Source of the DNA: Macrostomum lignano | Taxonomy: Eukaryota | DNA length: 64,000 bases | NCBI GenBank assembly: GCA_002269645.1 | Contig: NIVC01000758.1 | Coordinates: 1-64,000 of the forward strand | Direction of reading: 5' to 3' | Shown here: positions 13,613 through 25,290 of the stretch, piece after piece | Layout: each line of letters begins with the position of its first letter | Numbering within the stretch: the first letter of the stretch is position 1 | Made by a program: the position numbers and the translations under genes | Notes under the pieces: generated by a model | Told to the model about the DNA's origin: nothing | Database searches by the model: none | The model's input: only the letters and a program-made list of their open reading frames with translations

Positions 13613-16600
13613 CCCGCGGCCGGCTTCCACGCCTTCGTAGCCTCTGCTGCTGCTGATATCTGGTTAAAGGGTGGGTGAATTTCGGTGGCCGAATACTGGG
13701 TGAATTTTGGTGACTTTGGTGAATGGTAGATGAATACTATGTGAATGCTGTGTGAATGCTGTGTGAATGCTGTTTGAATGCTGTGTGAATGCTGTGTGAA
13801 TGCTGTGTGAATGCTGTGTGAATGCTGTGTGAATGCTGTGTGAATGCTGTGTGAATGCTGTGTGAATGCTGTGTGAATGCTGTGAGAATGCTGGGTGAAT
13901 CCAGGGTGTAGCACTCACTGTGCACCAAAACGCCACTGAAGTCATTCGCCGTGCCGGCCGCAAACCTCCGGACGGACTCAGTGTCGCGGCTCATTAGGAA
14001 GGCCTTCATGGTGCTGGGGTTGATGACGAATCCGGGGTCAAAGGCGGGGTTGATGACCCCGGTCAGCACGCCCGTCAGCTTGTCCACCATGCAGACGCCC
14101 ATCAGCAGGATGCTGTATGTCTGAGGAGCGGGGGTGCTGTGTTTTTATTGCTGCTGTCGGGAACAGGGCCGACCTCGAGAGCAGCAAGCGGTTTACCTGG
14201 TAGGCCTCCAGCGCGAGCTTCTTGAAGCTGCGGTCCCGGTGCTTCGCCGTGAAGCCGACGCAGTAGATTTTCACCTGGATGCCAGCGCTGTAGGCGGTGC
14301 GCCAGCTGGTGCTCTTGGACCCGAGCCGCCTCCCGGCGCCTGAGTAGTCCACGAGGTCACCCGAGGCGGCGCCGCCCCCGCTGTCACCGGCGTTGCCGCT
14401 GGAAGCTGCATTGAGTTCGTCTTCTTCTGAGCTCTGGGACTCGCGATAGCTGAGCAGGTTGATGAGCAGAGTGGCCAGTCCGGGTGCCACCGAGTTGATG
14501 CCCATGAGGCCCAGCAGCACCTGGTTGTCGCACAGAACCGCATCTGGTGGCAGCGAGCCCGGCTTGCCCTGCTTGGTGCGCCACAGCGGCAGCGCACGGA
14601 ACGATTGCTGAGGGGGGCAGTTGGTCAGGCAATGAGCTGAGGACATTGCTGTGTGTGCATGGCAGTGAGCTGCGGACATTGCTGTGTGTGCATGACAGTG
14701 AGCTGCGGACATTGCTGTGTGTGCATGACAGTGAGCCGCGGACATTGCTGAGGGATTGCGGTTGGGTCATGCTCTTGATCTGCACAATGACTCACTTTGT
14801 GAAACATGCCCTTGATCTGCACAATGACTCACTTTGTGAAACATGCTCTTGATCTGCACAATGACTCACTTTGTGAAACATGCTCTTGATCTGCACAATG
14901 ACTCACTTTGTGAAACATGCTCTTGATCTGCACAATGGTGCGGCACTGGGGGGAGCAGAGCTTCAGGCCGATGGTGCGCACATAGTTGATGCGGTCGGCT
15001 TCAAAGTCCGAGTGAGCGCTGCCAGCCTCCGAGGTGAGGATGATGGCTTCGGCGGAGTTCAGCTTGCAGCCCTGGATCAGGAACTCTGCGTCGCTAGGGC
15101 TGCCGAACACCACCGTGATGCGACCGCAGAATGAGCGCAGGAACCACATGATCTGCTCGGAGACCTGGTTGCTGAGGTGTGGGAAGCGGGTGGTTGTTGA
15201 GATGTAGGAGGCGGTTGGTTGCTAGGGGTATTAGTTGCTGAATGCTCAAAGCCGATCGCAACAGTACCAATTCACAGCGCCTTAAAGAAACAAAGTCATG
15301 AACTTCTCTCTCACCTTTGCAGAAAGCAGACCCTGATAATTCCGTCAGTTGACAGAGAAATATTGTGGTAGAAGTTCCAGAAGAAGGACTTGAGCTTGTT
15401 CAGCTGAGAGGAGCCGCAGTAGATGATGTGCCTGGAGTCAAAGTGGGAATATTCTCAAGTACTGTGACAATCGGTTGAAAAATCAGGTCGCTAACAGGCA
15501 CCGCTCACCCCTCGCTGGCTCCCGTGTAAAATGACCGATTGCCGAAGTTTTGCGGCACCGAGCACACGGCGTAGATGTCCGGGATGATTGACGCGAAAAA
15601 TGTCTGCGAACGGGCAATGGATGAAACTAGTTTGTGTGGCTTTACGAGATGCTACTTTGACCTGCACTGCTGTGGTGCTGTGTTGTGGGGGCGGTGCTGT
15701 TGGGCTGTGCTGTGGGGGCGGTGCTGTTGGGCTGTGTTGTGGGCTGTGTTGTGGGGGCGGTGCTGTGGGGCTGTGTTGTGGGCTGTGCTGTGGGGGCGGT
15801 GCTGTTGGGCTGTGCTATGGGGGCGGTGCTGTTGGGCTGTGTTGTGGGCTGTGTTGTGGGGGCGGTGCTGTTGGGCTGTGTTGTGGGGGCGGTGCTGTTG
15901 GGCTGTTCTGTGGGGGCGGTGCTGTTGGGCTGTGTTGTGGGGGCTGTGCTGTTGGGCTGTGTTGTGGGGCTGTGCTGTGGGGCTGTGTTGTGGGGCTGTG
16001 TTGTGGGCGCTGTGCTGTGGGGCTATGTTGTGGGGGCGGTGGTGTTGGGCTGTGTTGTGGGCTGTGTTGTGGGGGCGGTGCTGTTGGGCTGTGTTGTGGG
16101 GGCGGTGCTGTTGGGCTGTGTTGTGGGGGCGGTGCTGTTGGGCTGTGTTGTGGGGGCGGTGCTGTTGGGCTGTGTTGTGGGGGCGGTGCTGTTGGGCTGT
16201 GCTGTGGGGGCGGTGCTGTTGGGCTGTGTTGTGGGCTGTGTTGTGAGGGCGGTGCTGTGGGGCTGTGCTGTGGGGGCTGTGCTGTGGGGCTGTGCTGTGG
16301 GCTGTGCTGTGGTGCTGTGCTGTGGGGCTGTGGTGTGGGTTGTGCTGGAGGCAGGTGGCTTCTGTTAAACTTACCACAGCGAGAGCGACAAAGAAGATGA
16401 GCACCCCTTTGGTGTAATTGTTGCTGGGGGTGATGTCACCGAAGCCCACGCTGCTGGCCGTGACCAGCAGGAAGTACAGGCTGGTGAAGAAGCTCATGCC
16501 GCCAATGTGACCCTCGGGGCTCTCCGGGCAGAATTTCCAGCCATCCAATTTGAAGCCGGTCATGTTTTCCGTCTGAAATTCAATTGCGATCGGAAACTTT

Positions 16601-19045
16601 GAGTGCGGACAGACAGGCGATGCGCTCCTGCGGCCCGGAGATTGCGGGTTTGGAATCCAGTCTGATTAGTTGGACTGGCAGGCAGGGTGGTGTGGGCTGG
16701 CAGGTGTGGGCTGGCAGGTGTGGGCTGGCAGGTGTGGGCTGGCAGGTGTGGGCTGGCAGGTGTGGGCTGGCAGGTGTGGGCTGGCAGGTGTGGGCTGGCA
16801 GGTGTGGGCTGGCAGGTGTGGGCTGGCAGGTGTGGGCTGGCAGGTGTGGGCTGGCAGGTGTGGGCTGGCAGGTGTGGGCTGGCAGGTGTGGGCTGGCAGG
16901 TGTGGGCTGGCAGGTGTGGGCTGGCAGGTGTGGGCTGGCAGGTGTGGGCTGGCAGGTGTGGGCTGGCAGGTGTGGGCTGGCAGGTGTGGGCTGGCAGGTG
17001 TGGGCTGGCAGGTGTGGGCTAGCAGGTGTGGGCTGGCAGGTGTGGGCTGGCAGGTGTGGGCTGGCAGGTGTGGGCTGGCAGGTGTGGGTCCCAGCTATAT
17101 CGGCAGGTCAGCTTCCCACCTGGTAGACGATCCCGGCGAAGACGAACCAGAAGCAGATGATGTTGATGGTGATGTTGACCAGCGTCTTCATCTGTGAGCG
17201 GCGCACGATCCCAACAACGAACAGCAGGTCTTTGAGGCAGTTGAGGCGCAACGCTCGGAGGAAGCTGAACACTGCGGAGTGGGTCGGAGGGGGGGGGCAA
17301 AATGGACGTCGGCGTGCGGACAGCATGGCAAGAGGGCAGCAGGTCAAGCACTCACTGAGCTGCTTCTGCTCTCCCACGATGGCGGCGAGAGCGGGCCCGA
17401 TGGTCAGCACCTCCATCCACGTGCTGGAGCTCACGATAAAACTCCTCTTGTCATTCGTGCCGATGAACTGTTGAATTTTATTGGAATGCACTGATTGTCT
17501 GCAGTTCTTGCCTCTACCCTCCTCTCCTCTCATCTCCTCTCATCTCATCTCATCTCATCTCATCTCATCTCATCTCATCTCATCTCATCTCATCTCCTCC
17601 TCTCTCATCTCCTCTCATCTCATCTCATCTCATCTCATCTCATCTCATCTCATCTCATCTCATCTCATCTCATCTCATCTCATCTCATCTCATCTCATCT
17701 CATCTCATCTCATCTCATCTCATCTCATCTCATCTCCTCTCCTCTCCTCTCCTCTACTCACCCCTCTTCTGCTTTGCCCTCTCATCCTACTCTCTTCTAC
17801 TCTTCTTAAGAGTGTTTCAGACAGGCCTCACCCTAATGATGAAGAAGATAACAAAGTAAATGTTTAGTCCCAAGTCTATGTACACCAAGATGTCGTCCAC
17901 TTGATTTTTCTTGAACACAACCTGTCTCGGGTGCCTGCAATGTATTGTTTGAAATAATGCTGTAAAGTTACTAAAGAAAAGGACTTGAGGTGAGTAAAAA
18001 TGTCATTTTGACGAGTCACTGGTTTGCGCCTGACAGCTCAGCAACTGCTGCCCGCCCTCACATCACAGTGTGCGCTACAAAGAAGCCGAATGACGCAAGG
18101 CTGAAGAAACTCCACAAGGCGCTCTGAAATTTTGCAAGGAAAGTATATTTAGCACCCACTCGGTACAGATTACCCAGCATCAGCTCACCGAGGCACTCAG
18201 CATCAGCTCACCCTAATGAGCACCCTAATGATACATTCAGCATCAACTCACACAGACACTCAGCATCAACTCACGCAGACACTCAGCATCAGCTCACACA
18301 GACACTCAGCATCAGCTCATCCAGACACTCAGCATCAGCTCATCCAGACACTCAGCATCAGCTCACGCAGACACTCAGCATCAGCTCAACGATGCACTCA
18401 ACATCAGCTCACGCAGACACTCAGCATCAGCTCACACAGACACTCAGCATCAGCTCACACAGACACTCAGCATCAGCTCACGCAGACACTCAGCATCAGC
18501 TCACACAGACACTCAGCATCAGCTCACCGATGCACTCAGCATCAGCTCACGCAGACACTCAGCATCAGCTCACGCAGACACTCAGCATCAGCTCACACAG
18601 ACACTCAGCATCAGCTCACACAGACACTCAGCATTAGCTCACACAGACACTCAGCATCAGCTCACACAGACACTCAGCATCAGCTCATCCAGACACAAAG
18701 TTCCAGACAATCCTGGATTCTGGACCTCACCATCGCTTTGCCCCACATCGCCCAGTTGTTGGTGGCGATCTCGCACAGGTCGCGGATCTGCAGGAACACG
18801 GGAAACCGGACCAGCTGCCGGCGGAAGAAGTTGGTGGAGCAGAGGAGGTTGACGCTGAAGATGAGCACCAGGAGGCCCGCGGTGCCGCAGATGCCAATGG
18901 CCTCCTTCATGAGATGAAGGCAGCTGAGGGAAGCAATGAGAAGTTTTTGCACCCCGTCAGTTTGAATATAAAAACTCGCAACTGCCTTCATGATTACCCA
19001 GAACAGGAATGGCTTCAGCCGGGACTTACAGAGTTTTATCGTCAT
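9493..19045 (-). CDS. slo: Slo/BK (KCNMA1/slowpoke-like) large-conductance K+ channel alpha subunit, divergent, 16 exons, about 1235 aa
   Basis: Exons 18731-19045, 18062-18123, 17832-17934, 17356-17467, 17120-17271, 16375-16572, 15509-15603, 15315-15431, 14907-15171, 14197-14607, 13919-14120, 13434-13659, 13273-13337, 11805-12814, 10167-10340 and 9493-9693 are all GT-AG with consistent phases (3708 nt total). Motifs: S0-like helix, S4 FLRALRL, pore TASSVGFGD, S6 FFASIIPDI, RCK1 RHIIYCG and GLATLLINLLSYR, RCK2 DITGTLHW, LVLPLR and LCTENLR, C-terminal MCLGVYRRR...DRIFCF. The start Met is uncertain (19045 or a downstream Met). Confidence 0.93.
9814..10132. repeat. 20-bp minisatellite in the last Slo intron
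   Basis: Unit ATTGCCTACCACAAATCTAC/AA, about 16 copies. Confidence 0.93.
10341..11743. repeat. 33-bp minisatellite (about 42 copies) with higher-order repeat, filling a Slo intron
   Basis: Unit TGCAAACCGGAAGTGATTCAAGCTACCCTATAC. A diagnostic 34-bp variant (GGAAATGGTTCAAGCTTACC) recurs at about 10649, 11013 and 11311 (spacings 364 and 298 bp). Confidence 0.96.
12895..13213. repeat. 40-bp minisatellite, 8 copies (Slo intron)
   Basis: Unit CTAGCCTATCATGGGTGCAGGAATAGAATGGATTGCTAAT. Confidence 0.95.
13738..13900. repeat. 12-bp tandem repeat (Slo intron)
   Basis: (GTGAATGCTGTG)n. Confidence 0.92.
14632..14750. repeat. 33-bp tandem repeat near a Slo acceptor
   Basis: GGACATTGCTGTGTGTGCATG(G/A)CAGTGAGCTGC, about 3.5 copies. 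Confidence 0.88.
14768..14937. repeat. 37-bp tandem duplication of a Slo exon end plus 5' splice site
   Basis: Minus-strand unit CATTGTGCAGATCAAGAGCATGTTTCACAAA|GTGAGT; donors at 14906, 14869, 14832 and 14795. Confidence 0.93.
15665..16345. repeat. G/T-rich approx. 27-bp minisatellite (Slo intron)
   Basis: GGGGGCGGTGCTGTTGGGCTGTGTTGT with deletion variants. Confidence 0.92.
16690..17087. repeat. 14-bp minisatellite, about 28 copies (Slo intron)
   Basis: (TGTGGGCTGGCAGG)n. Confidence 0.95.
17510..17755. repeat. (TCTCA)n pentanucleotide microsatellite (Slo intron)
   Basis: Long CTCAT run with CTCCT edges. Confidence 0.95.
18172..18695. repeat. 23-bp minisatellite (first Slo intron)
   Basis: (CAGCATCAGCTCACACAGACACT)n. 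Confidence 0.93.
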
Positions 19046-19267
19046 CCATGATGAGCTTTGAATATTTAACGGCTCGTCTCGGTAGATTTAAAATTGTTCC
19101 CTATAGCTGAAAATCCTCGTGTCCCTAGTGCTTCTGGATTTCTGGTTCCTGCCGAATGTTCGATTACTCTATAAAGCTGCTTTGCTGTCTATGGTCTTGC
19201 GCCGATTTAGCGACCCGAACACGGCTGCATTCTGAGCTGAACACAAAGCGCAATGTAACGAGTTTTA

Positions 19268-19585
<318 letters not shown>

Positions 19586-20119
19586 TGTTATGTCCTCTTC
19601 TTCTGCTTCTATACCGACTATTGCCTCCAGGCTACCATCTGACATCAAAGTCAAGTCGAAGAAGCATTATTTAAAATACGAGCTGTTCACAAGCTTTATT
19701 TGCCTCTAGCCGGCGCACGTCTTGCTTGCCCTTTGTAATACTGTTAGCCTTCTGAAAAACCTACGCCCTAAAATTTTCTCCAGAAAGGAGATTTCCCGTC
19801 CTTCTACTTTGAGTAGCCCTTGCTTAGAGCATGCTCACCTTCCAATAGATGCATAGGAAGCATTGAACCAATAAGGAAGGCGGGCAAGGGACTCATGTTA
19901 CAAATGTACTTTCCGGAGCTGTCATGTATATAAATAAAGTTTCATTTTATAGTACGCAAAAGCGGCACTATCCGCATATATACATGGCGTTTTTGTGTGC
20001 AACATTGCCACGGATTTCCCGCGGAAATTCCGTCTATTTTCAACTTAAAGCTCTGCGCGCTGCAAAGCAAAGCAAAACTTCTACTGCATCAGACCCAGTT
20101 TTTTAGATTCGCCTTTAAA

Positions 20120-20770
20120 ATGCCGGAAATCTACCAGCGCTGGAACGGGTCCAAGGACAAAGGAAACCTGGAATTTTGGCGAAGCGAGGAGTTCCGCAAC
20201 GAATACGCAAGATTTGAGATGGTCAAGAAGAAAGAAATCGTGTACAGCCTCATCAGGAAGGAGATGCATGCCGCCATAATGTCCTCTGACAGGACCAGCT
20301 ACCGGGTGCTGTCGCTGGGCTGCGGTCCCGGCTCCGACTTGCTGGCGGCCATGCAGGTCTTCCAGTCCGTGTGCGTCAAGGAGGAATTGGAGCCCCTGAC
20401 CGTCAAGGTCACGGGAGTTGACCGCTATGACTGGTCGCTGGACAGCTTCAGCGCTAAGACAGAGGCCATCGAAAGGCGGGGACCGATCGAGAACTTCCGA
20501 GATAAATTTTACTTCTGCAGCATGCAGCGGTATTTTGAATTCGCTCGCAGAAGTGGAAAGCGATTTGACTTCATCATTTTGAGCTTCGCTGAAGTGAAGA
20601 AGAAGCTGGAATTCGTCTCCAACCGCCTGCCTGAGCTGCTCCGAGATGAAGCCAGCAGGATCTTCGTGATCGACAACAACATCGAGCCCGTGAGACAGCT
20701 GAAACGCTGCGGATTCGAACAGATTGGAACTTTGGCCGGAAGGACAATCTGTTTGATAGGCCAGCAATGA
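20120..20770 (+). CDS. Intronless class I SAM-dependent methyltransferase-like protein, paralogue 1 (216 aa)
   Basis: ATG at 20120 (MPEIYQRWNGSKDKGNL). SAM motif I VLSLGCGPGSDL, beta-2 acidic VTGVD, FDFIILSFAEVK. Collinear with two other copies in the window. Confidence 0.85.
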   Translation: MPEIYQRWNGSKDKGNLEFWRSEEFRNEYARFEMVKKKEIVYSLIRKEMHAAIMSSDRTSYRVLSLGCGPGSDLLAAMQVFQSVCVKEELEPLTVKVTGVDRYDWSLDSFSAKTEAIERRGPIENFRDKFYFCSMQRYFEFARRSGKRFDFIILSFAEVKKKLEFVSNRLPELLRDEASRIFVIDNNIEPVRQLKRCGFEQIGTLAGRTICLIGQQ

Positions 20771-21320
20771 TCGAGCTGGCTGAGGTGAGGGACACCGCGA
20801 TCGGAGGCGTCGCAGTTAGCGTTGTTAATCTGCAAGCGGCTTATTTTGTTTTGAAGTTACTATTTTGTATTATAGGCAGGTGGCTATATGCGACATTGTC
20901 ACATTGCTGCCCATTCCGCCGGCTCCCCTAAACAGGCACACAAGCGCAAGGATACGTACGCAATCATTCGCAAGCGGTCCCAACTTTATCGTTTGGCATA
21001 TAACACTTTAGGGTTGGCCCTCAATAGCGTCAATTGCACGAGCAGAGCCAAGATGCGATTCCAGTTTAGTCGCAAATGAATGTGACTGCACTGGGAATCG
21101 AGCCTGGGCCGCTGGCTTTAGGGAGGCTGCGGTCCCTGTTTTGAAGTTAGTACACAGTTTGTGAGGGCAGAGTTCTGAAGCCTTTTTCTGCGAAGCGAAT
21201 TTTCTAACTCGTGAAGCTTCATTTATGTGAAATTGGTTGCTAAAGCTTTTTCTTGGTTTGTGAAATTTTTACGACCGGCTTGTGAAGCTCCCCTCTATTT
21301 TTAGCCACAGCTGCTCTAAA

Positions 21321-21468
21321 GGCTCGTTCACACCGCCATCAAATAAAACCAAATTTCGTGTGATCACAAAACTTGTACACCAAATTTGGTTCCTTTGTAC
21401 CTTGTTCGTGTAACTCTCAATAACACACAAAGCTTTGGCGGCTAATTTGAAGGCAGTGTGAATGAGGC
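21321..21468. mobile_element. Possible short MITE remnant
   Basis: Imperfect terminal inverted repeats GGCTCGTTCACACCGCC ... GGCAGTGTGAATGAGGC; no clear TSD. Confidence 0.3.
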
Positions 21469-22077
21469 TTCAGCCCCTGCAGATCTCAGCAAATTGGGGG
21501 AAGGAATATCTAGTTGGTTCCATGTTGGTTGATTCTCGGAACTTGCAAAAACTGAAAAGCTGTTCTATTTTTAGTACCACTGCACGGTCTGTGAGGCAAG
21601 AATCGATACCACCAGTATAGCGCTGGCCAGCTTTGTCAGCCAGCCAGTCAAGCAAAGTAAAAATATCAGTACAGTTGCGCTACTAACGGCTCACGTACTG
21701 ACTCAGTTCATTCTCAGATTCATGACTTGAAAACGTGATACGAGCCGTACTGAATTTCAAAGCTTCAAGATTGGCTGGGCGGTCTACGCTCAGAATTATT
21801 CTGATTACCGATAACATAATCCCTTAAATATACTTCCATGTAACGTCTGCATTGCAACACTTATTTGCTGGACTGACTGCATTCAAGACTCTTCTTGGAA
21901 TGATTCGTTCGACGAAGTATTTATACGTAGCCAGAAATTTTATACATAACGAAATGAGGGGGGGTAATCATGACGCCTTATGACTTCATCAGTGTTCGCC
22001 ATCGATAATGAAAATCTTAATTACCGTTGATGGCAACAGCATTAGTGTCAAAATAAAAATTCTTTTGAGCAATGTGG

Positions 22078-22790
22078 AGTTTAGGCCTCATGGTCTCGTG
22101 AAGTTTAGGTCTCACGATGTTTAGGTCTCACGATGTTTAGGTCTCATGAAGTTTAGGTCTCATGAAGTTTAGGTCTCATGAAGTTTAGGTCTCACGATGT
22201 TTAGGTCTCATGAAGTTTAGGTCTCATGAAGTTTAGGTCTCATGAAGTTTAGGTCTCATGAAGTTTAGGTCTCATGAAGTTTAGGTCTCACGATGTTTAG
22301 GTCTCATGAAGTTTAGGTCTCATGAAGTTTAGGTCTCACGATGTTTAGGTCTCATGAAGTTTAGGTCTCATGAAGTTTAGGTCTCATGAAGTTTAGGTCT
22401 CATGAAGTTTAGGTCTCATGAAGTTTAGGTCTCATGAAGTTTAGGTCTCATGACGTTTAGGTCTCATGAAGTTTAGGTCTCATGAAGTTTAGGTCTCATG
22501 AAGTTTAGGTCTCATGAAGTTTAGGTCTCATGAAGTTTAGGTCTCATGAAGTTAGGTCTCATGAAGTTTAGGTCTCATGAAGTTTAGGTCTCATGAAGTT
22601 TAGGTCTCATGAAGTTTAGGTCTCATGAAGTTTAGGTCTCATGAAGTTTCGGTCTCATGAAGTTTAGGTCTCATGAAGTTTAGGTCTCATGAAGTTTAGG
22701 TCGCATGAAGTTTAGGTCTCATAAAGTAGTTAAGTCTTATGAAGTTTGGGTCTCTTGAAGTTTAGGTCTTGTGAAGTTAGGTCTTAGTTA
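22078..22790. repeat. 16-bp minisatellite, about 44 copies
   Basis: (GTTTAGGTCTCATGAA)n with a CACGAT variant. Confidence 0.95.
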
Positions 22791-23319
22791 GGATTTGCGG
22801 CTATGAGCTTTTGTAAGCTCGCGTTACTGCTCACATGGTCATTTTGGATAAACTTTTCTTCACACAATGCTGCATGTTTCTATTTAGTCTCACCTTGGCT
22901 CAATGCACACAGCACGAACTATCGGCTCAAGCCAGCTTTACTACTCAACCTCACACAACTGTCTAATTTAAAACAAACACATTTAACTTCACGACAAAGA
23001 CTGCTATCAGCATAGGCAACCTGTTTATATCTTGATTCAAGAAAAACTTCGGGAATGCCGATCTGATTGAGAAGCCAGGCTGCTGTTGGGGGAAGTTGAC
23101 TACAGAATCAAAAGACACAGACAGCCTTTGGACTCTTGGAGACTGCCATGGACTTACAGAAAGCCTCTTCTGTGATTGCCTGACAGGTCCTGGTAGAATC
23201 GCCCCGGAGATTCATTTTGAGATTTATGGGTTGTTGCCAATGAAAAAACTAGCTTTAAAAGATAAATTGAAAACATAACTGGCCTGGGAGTCGATGAGGG
23301 GGGTGTTTGTGAGAAGCCG

Positions 23320-23788
23320 TGTGGGAGTGTGGAAAGTTGCATGGGAAACAGTGTGGGAAGCCATATGAGAAGCAATGTGGGAAGCAGTCTGGAAGCAGTC
23401 TGGAAGCAGTCTGGAAGCAGTCTGGAAGCAGTCTGGAAGCAGTCTGGAAGCAGTCTGGAAGCAGTCTGGAAGCAGTCTGGAAGCAGTCTGGAAGCAGTCT
23501 GGAAGCAGTCTGGAAGCAGTCTGGAAGCAGTCTGGAAGCAGTCTGGAAGCAGTCTGGAAGCAGTCTCAATTTGGAAGTAGTCTGGAAGCAATTTGGAAGC
23601 AGCCTGGAAGCAGTCTGGAAGCAGTCTGAAAGTAGCTGAAGCAGTCTGGAAGCAGTCTGGAAGCAGTCTGAAAGCAATTTGGAAGCAGTCTAGAAGCAAT
23701 CTGGAAGCAGTCTAGAAGCAGTTTGAAAGCAGTCTGGAAGCAATCTGGAAGCAGTCTGAAAGCAATTTGGAAGCAGTCTGGAAGCAGT
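23320..23788. repeat. 11-bp tandem repeat
   Basis: (GGAAGCAGTCT)n with degenerate flanks. Confidence 0.94.
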
Positions 23789-24247
23789 GCGGGAACGACT
23801 CTGCATATCTGTAGAAATTAAGAAAGTAGTTGCGAATTCCTCTTTTGCTACTCGTAAACTGCATACCGAAAGCCAATTACGAGCTCACAGTTAAAATAAT
23901 AAAAAGCACAAGTACTCAGTAATCGAGTAATTCCAGGTAAAAATTCCGGCTCAAACAGGCGTAGCACTTTCAAAATCTGATTCTGTTTTATAATTATCAA
24001 ATTGTGAAACCATTTACTTTAATTAATCAAGAGACCGCCATGGTAATTTTTTCTTAGATTTTTTAGTCTAAGAATATTTGCTATTTGCTTTGCTTACAAA
24101 TCATGTGACACATTAATGTTTTCCTGTTTGAATAATTTGCACATAAAGTTCCTGCACGCGAGTGAATCGCTGGTATACTAGAATTACTGGATGGGCCACT
24201 CAAGCTAGCACATATACTGATATACATGTACTTAGTAAAACAGCTTT

Positions 24248-24578
24248 CTACTTTCAGTTCAGTAGCAATGAAGAATGCACAAGCTATTTTATAAAAATAA
24301 AGGCAGCTGAAATGACTTTGATAAGTTTAGAAGCCAAGCTTGCAGACGTAAACAGCTTGCTAATTGGTCCAGCCATAATGTACATTGGCCACTGAAATGT
24401 ACAAGGCAGATTTAGGCTGAAACAACCGAGGAAGGTAATAAAAGTTGGCGGCTGGGCAGGAGTAGAGGTTCTGTGTGGTGTTTGAGGGTTTAAGCTTGGG
24501 GAGGGGGGGTTAGAACCACCTTGTCTTTAAAAATACATTAAAATGCTTTAGTCTAACTTACTACTGAACTGAAAGTAG
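24248..24578. mobile_element. Possible MITE with 18-bp perfect TIRs
   Basis: CTACTTTCAGTTCAGTAG (24248-24265) and its exact reverse complement (24561-24578); no clear TSD. Confidence 0.35.
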
Positions 24579-25290
24579 CTTGCACGCAAATGTGCTGAGT
24601 AGCCCATCTAGTTATTCTAGTGTCTGTGGTGCGCCATGGATGAAGGAATAACATTCCGCAGCGCGCAGTCAGAAGCGATCGATAAATTTGGGATGGTGGG
24701 GGAAGAAATGAGGTTGCTTGCTTCACTTAAACGGCGGCAGGGTCAGCAGGAATGTACATTATAAACGGCGGCAGGGTCAGCAGGAATGTACATTATACTA
24801 CATAGATAGCCTGCATGGGGTGGTTGACTTGCGAGGGGACGAGAAACAACTTTGGGGGTGGAGTAGCGGGTGTACATTGACTTCAGTCTATCGCACACTG
24901 CGAACTTATCTCCTAAGACCCCCAAGTGCTTATCCCAAGTGTTTATATGTTCGATCTGCCTGCAACTGCAAGTACTTTTATTTATTTAGCAATCACAATA
25001 ACAAACTTTGAAAAACGTTATTGCTTTTTTGACTCATCATTATGGTTAACCCAAAATAATGTAAGTAAAATTTAGTCTTGACTTGATAAAAAATGACTAC
25101 AGTAGTTAAGCACCATCTATGCACGCTAATGTGCTTTAGACTGGCACGGACCGCCTGACTGTGACCCTGCCTTCAATGGAAAATTCTGGATCCGCCAAAC
25201 ATACTCGATCAACATTAAAAGACAATGAATGAAGTTCGTTAACTAATTCTCACTGTACTTAATCAGATGAAGCTCCAGTATTGAACAGCT

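Noticed and set aside
21080-21140. B-box-like GGCTCGATTCCC (tRNA/SINE head, minus strand)
   Set aside because: No A box and no cloverleaf could be built.
24728-24800. 34-bp direct duplication
   Set aside because: A simple local duplication with no TIR or TSD context.
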